From Patescibacteria group bacterium (GTDB lineage Bacteria; Patescibacteriota; Minisyncoccia; Phycocordibacterales; PALSA-1337), in contig JANLHG010000020.1 of NCBI GenBank assembly GCA_024654575.1, forward strand, positions 55,991-119,990: DNA of 64,000 nt, given 5' to 3'. The position numbers and the translations under genes were made by a program. The notes beneath the pieces were generated by a model, which was not told the origin of the DNA, did no database searches, and worked only from the letters and a program-made list of their open reading frames with translations. Positions within the stretch are counted from its first letter, which is position 1; every line of letters starts with the position of its first letter. This document shows, one piece after another, positions 60,065-64,000 of this stretch.

Positions 60065-61126
60065 TTATTTATTATAACATTTATTTAAAGATAATACTCC
60101 AATGAATAACGCTACATCAGATTTAGCTTTTCCACCTAATATGAAATAATTTTTTAATTTTTCTTCATCTAACCTAACAATATCAAACAATTCATGATTA
60201 ATTGCGTCTGCTAAAAAAATACTAAAGATATTATTCATTAAAATAAATATTTTTTTAGGAGAGGTTATTTTATTAAATTGTTCTAACCACCTTTTTTGTA
60301 TTTCTGAAAAAATTATTTCCAGCTTTTTACTCATTTCTAGCTCAATACTTTTATTTAAATACGTTTTTGCTAATGATTCAGACACACCAACTTCTGTATT
60401 AAGGACATTAGAAATGTGTCTTATCATTGAATTAGAACCAAAAGGAAATGATGTACTATAGGTTGATATTCCATTTCTCACAATATCCATATTTGTAAGT
60501 TCTCCATTAACATCAATAAGCATAAAATCTTTTTCATCTGGAAAAATATCATTGATAATTGAACAAGATAAAAGAGTGAATGAATGTGCTAAGCTTTTTT
60601 GAAAATTAAAAGAACGCGATACGACATTTTCTACTTTTGAAAAAATATCTTTACTAATAGCACTTGCGAGTATAGGAAGTTCTATTAAATGAGCTTTTTT
60701 ACCAACGGGATCCAAAACTTCATATCCATTCAATTTTATATTTAATGATTTGTGTTCAATAATCATCATATCCTCATCAAACTTAATTTCTTTTTCTTGC
60801 GATTGCAAAAGATTTTTTATGAAAGAATGAGTTACAGTAATTTCTTTATTTTCCTTATGGGTAAAAGTCTTTGTTTGAGAAATAACCCACGGTGAAGAAA
60901 AAACATAAAAAACCTCTTCAATAATTCCTTCTTGGGGAATTGTTTCTGTGACTTTTTCAAGCGAACGCAACATCTCTGCTAGAAGTTTTTGAGAATCTGG
61001 TTTTTTTTGAAAGAGAATTGGCTGTCTGTTTGTATAAATAATTTTCGGTTCTTTTTTTTCTGACAATTCCACCAACGCTCCTCCAACTGTTCCGCTTGCA
61101 ATATCATAAACAATAGATAAAGACAT
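60065..61126 (-). CDS. FtsA/PilM-like actin-fold protein
   Basis: YDIASGTVGG; LIDVNGELT; SFPFG. Confidence 0.6.
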   Translation of the reverse strand: MSLSIVYDIASGTVGGALVELSEKKEPKIIYTNRQPILFQKKPDSQKLLAEMLRSLEKVTETIPQEGIIEEVFYVFSSPWVISQTKTFTHKENKEITVTHSFIKNLLQSQEKEIKFDEDMMIIEHKSLNIKLNGYEVLDPVGKKAHLIELPILASAISKDIFSKVENVVSRSFNFQKSLAHSFTLLSCSIINDIFPDEKDFMLIDVNGELTNMDIVRNGISTYSTSFPFGSNSMIRHISNVLNTEVGVSESLAKTYLNKSIELEMSKKLEIIFSEIQKRWLEQFNKITSPKKIFILMNNIFSIFLADAINHELFDIVRLDEEKLKNYFILGGKAKSDVALFIGVLSLNKCYNK

Positions 61127-61133
61127 GGGAATA

Positions 61134-62744
61134 TTATAGCACAACCGCTTTGATTCTACGCACACCGGCGGAGACGGCTTCTTCTTTTAAGATTTTAAAT
61201 GTGCCGAGTTCAGAAGTATTTTTTATATGCGGACCACCACAAAATTCTTTTGAAATTACGTTACCATTTTTATCTTCCACAATATAAACAGATACAACAT
61301 CTGGATATTTTGCACCAAATTCCATTTCTGCACCTATCTTTTCCGCTTCCTTGAGTGGCATTTCTTTACGTACGATATTTAAATCATCTTTTATTTTTTC
61401 ATTTACCCAATCTTCTACTTTTTTCTTTTCATCATCAGTCAGTTTATGGTCGCAAAGAAAATCCATACGCAATCGTTCTTCGGTGATGTTGCTTCCTCTC
61501 TGTTTAATATTTTTATCTACCAATGCTTGTAATCCAGCTAAAAGCAAATGATGTGCGGTATGTAATTTAACAGTTTTTTCATTATGATTTGCTAGTCCGC
61601 CCTTGAACATTCCCGCCGAAGAAGTTTGAGAAAGTTTTTGATGTTCAACCATTTTCTTATTGAAGTCTTCTAGATCTATTTTTTTGCCTTTTCCTGCCTG
61701 CGCAGGCAGGTCTTTTGCCAGTTCAAGCGTTAATTCAAGAGGAAAACCATAGGTAGTAAACAAAATAAACGGATCAGTACCTTTCTCAAACTCCACTAAT
61801 CCGATTGCTAAAGTCTTTCTAAACTTTGTTTCTTCTTCATTAAACTTCTCGCTAATTTTGACCCCAATGCGGTCAGAATAAAGAGTCACACGACGAATAA
61901 GACGACGAAGTACATACCCGCGTCCGGCATTGGACGGTTCTACTCCTTCTTTTATTATTTCTAGTGCTGCTCGTGTATGATCAGCTATAATTCGTTCTTC
62001 TCTTGTTTTTTCATTATTAAACAAATCTGTTTCGTAAACATCTTTCTTTTTTTGCACTGTCGCAACTAATCTCTCAAAGCCCATACCAGTATCAATACCC
62101 ATCACATCAAGCTTTTTTAATTTTGCTTCGCCTTTATCAAGTTTTTCGCGCGAACCATCACAAAAATACTCATTAAAAACAATATTCCAAATTTCCACAT
62201 CTTGTCCGTCAGCATTTTTGCAATAAATTTCTGTTGTTGGACCACAAGGACCTGAATCCCCCGTTGGACCCCAGAAAACATCTGAACCATCTTCACGAAT
62301 ATCTTTAATTCCAAGTTCTTTCCAGATATTTTCTGATTCTTCATCTCTCGGCACCAGACCTTCCCCTTTATAAAACGTGACATAAGAAATTTCAAGTCCC
62401 AATTCTTTTACAATAAAATCGTAAGCATAAGTTATTGCTTCTTTTCGATTATATCCACCAAAAGAAAAATTACCCAACATTTCAAAAAATGTAAGATGAT
62501 TAGCATCACCAACTTCATCTATGTCAACAGTCCGAACGCATTTTTGAACCGAAGCTGTATTTTTAGAACCAAAATCACGAACAGCATTTTCTGGAGCTGT
62601 ATAATAAGATTTAAATTGTTGCATTCCAGCAGTCGTAAATAAGACAGTCGGGTCATCTGGCACTAACGAAGCCGAAGGAATTATTTTGTGTCCCCTATTC
62701 TTAAAAAATTCCAAAAATTTTATACGAATTTCATCAGATTTCAT
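61134..62744 (-). CDS. alaS: Alanine--tRNA ligase (short form)
   Basis: LFTTAGMQ, HLTFFEMLGNFS, IDTGMGFER, HTAHH, EFCGGPH. Confidence 0.95.
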   Translation of the reverse strand: MKSDEIRIKFLEFFKNRGHKIIPSASLVPDDPTVLFTTAGMQQFKSYYTAPENAVRDFGSKNTASVQKCVRTVDIDEVGDANHLTFFEMLGNFSFGGYNRKEAITYAYDFIVKELGLEISYVTFYKGEGLVPRDEESENIWKELGIKDIREDGSDVFWGPTGDSGPCGPTTEIYCKNADGQDVEIWNIVFNEYFCDGSREKLDKGEAKLKKLDVMGIDTGMGFERLVATVQKKKDVYETDLFNNEKTREERIIADHTRAALEIIKEGVEPSNAGRGYVLRRLIRRVTLYSDRIGVKISEKFNEEETKFRKTLAIGLVEFEKGTDPFILFTTYGFPLELTLELAKDLPAQAGKGKKIDLEDFNKKMVEHQKLSQTSSAGMFKGGLANHNEKTVKLHTAHHLLLAGLQALVDKNIKQRGSNITEERLRMDFLCDHKLTDDEKKKVEDWVNEKIKDDLNIVRKEMPLKEAEKIGAEMEFGAKYPDVVSVYIVEDKNGNVISKEFCGGPHIKNTSELGTFKILKEEAVSAGVRRIKAVVL

Positions 62745-62756
62745 TAGCAAAATATA

Positions 62757-63353
62757 TCACATTTTATACTTTTTTAAAATCTCAAAATCTTTTTTTAATT
62801 CGTCAATTTTATTTGGATTATAAACCGCCATACAAGGATGATATAAAGTGACAATGTTTATGTCCCCATAATTCGTTTTGGCTTCATAGGCTTTGCCGTG
62901 AGCCTTACCTATCGTTTCAATTTTTAAATCAAGGGCAAATTTTTTCATAATATAATTCATAGCATATCGACCAAGTGTGGCGACAACCCGCGGTTTTATA
63001 ATTTCAATTTGCCTATCCAAAAATGGACCATAACATTCTATTTCTTCCGGAAATGGGTCACGATTTTGAGGTGGACGATCTTTAACTATATTTGTCACAT
63101 AAACTGATTCCCTAGCAATATTTACATGTTTCAATAATTTATCTAAAACTTTCCCGGCTGTTCCACAAAAAGGCCTACCGGTTTTAGCTTCATTTCGTCC
63201 TGGAGCTTCTCCAATAAACATAATTATTGCATCATGATTACCTTCGCCGATTACTGGAAACATTTCATTTTTTATTCGATCATTATAAAGTGGAGATTTT
63301 TTTAAATTTAAAACATCCTCTTTTATTTTTCTTAGTTCGTCGAATTTTGACAT
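62757..63353 (-). CDS. udg: Uracil-DNA glycosylase family 4
   Basis: GEAPG..E...GRPF.G, TNIVK.RPP.NR.P, YHP. Confidence 0.92.
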   Translation of the reverse strand: MSKFDELRKIKEDVLNLKKSPLYNDRIKNEMFPVIGEGNHDAIIMFIGEAPGRNEAKTGRPFCGTAGKVLDKLLKHVNIARESVYVTNIVKDRPPQNRDPFPEEIECYGPFLDRQIEIIKPRVVATLGRYAMNYIMKKFALDLKIETIGKAHGKAYEAKTNYGDINIVTLYHPCMAVYNPNKIDELKKDFEILKKYKM

Positions 63354-64000
63354 AATGATTTCACTTCTTCAATAACCTGTTCCAGATGTTCTCCTTTAAT
63401 TCCAACTTCTTCAAGAGTTTTATTATCAGTAATCAAAGAATTGCAAGATACTAACCCCCTTTCTATTAAATCTTTTTTTTCAGCAACAGTTAAAGTCGTA
63501 AGACAAGTAATTGGATGAAGTCCAGAATCCTCAATCAAATCTTGTAAATTTCCTTTCATTGGATAATTCCATCCCACTAATCGCAATCCTTGACATTGAG
63601 CATATTCAATAGCACTTGATGTAAACTTAGTATTAGTTATAAGCCAACCCTCGCTTAGTTTTTTCATCTTTCCATAATTAAACATAGCCCCTTCTAAATC
63701 TTCGTAACGTGCCTTAACATACAAAGCTACTTTCAAATCTGATTTAACTCCAGATTGGTTATGAAATTTCGCCTCAATCATAATAAGTTTGTTTTCATTC
63801 CAAGCGATAACATCTACTTCATGTTCAGCACAATGACCTTTAACTATTTTATCTGTTTCAACTGTATATCCTTTTTGTTTCCATATTTCAGCAATAAATT
63901 TTTCAAAAGGAAAACCTGATGGCCCAAAACCTAAAAGTGAACGGCGAAGGGAATACTTTAAAGCTAACGGTTTTTGGCTTTTGTGTAATAAATAAAAAGC
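63332..64000 (-). CDS. Mrr-like restriction endonuclease domain protein (5' end outside window)
   Basis: Frame open to the window end: GPSGFPFEKFIAEI...EHEVDVIA...IEAKFH...ITNTKFT. Confidence 0.8.
   Translation of the reverse strand, partial: AFYLLHKSQKPLALKYSLRRSLLGFGPSGFPFEKFIAEIWKQKGYTVETDKIVKGHCAEHEVDVIAWNENKLIMIEAKFHNQSGVKSDLKVALYVKARYEDLEGAMFNYGKMKKLSEGWLITNTKFTSSAIEYAQCQGLRLVGWNYPMKGNLQDLIEDSGLHPITCLTTLTVAEKKDLIERGLVSCNSLITDNKTLEEVGIKGEHLEQVIEEVKSLCQNSTN

Noticed and set aside
61134-62744. alaS as a truncated pseudogene
   Set aside because: Catalytic and editing motifs are intact; loss of the C-terminal domain fits a compact form in a reduced genome

Overview
AT-rich bacterial chromosome segment. 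The gene content (short alaS and rplM, class II RNR, no large biosynthetic operons) suggests a Patescibacteria/CPR (Parcubacteria-like) genome; this is inference. About 1-18 kb is a putative integrative element: a large serine recombinase truncated by the window start, an ArdC-like leading-region operon, two candidate structured ncRNAs, and a defence block (type I HsdR, HsdM-HsdS fusion, trypsin-like protease, HEPN-motif protein, GIY-YIG/DUF4357). About 18-38.8 kb is accessory DNA: another ncRNA, a TA-like pair, a protein-methyltransferase/SET/AdoMetDC cluster, a type I toxin-like peptide and an MTase-REase-MTase type II RM system. About 38.9-64 kb is mostly housekeeping (tRNA-Val, DEAD helicase, nrdJ, tgt, purM, dnaK/grpE, alpha-operon ribosomal genes, alaS). 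The most striking signal is a module present twice (about 17.8-18.55 kb and 37.6-38.4 kb), each copy divergent from a restriction-modification locus. Each copy has a shared promoter with a DnaA-box-like site (a third copy precedes nrdJ), a hairpin, a small variable ORF, and a ~24-bp inverted-repeat stem whose loop is a non-canonical tRNA-like cloverleaf. The two cloverleaves differ: Arg-like body with AGT anticodon, and Leu-like body with ATC anticodon. A conserved antisense 23-aa mini-ORF follows each. All calls were made by eye; no searches or folding programs were run.
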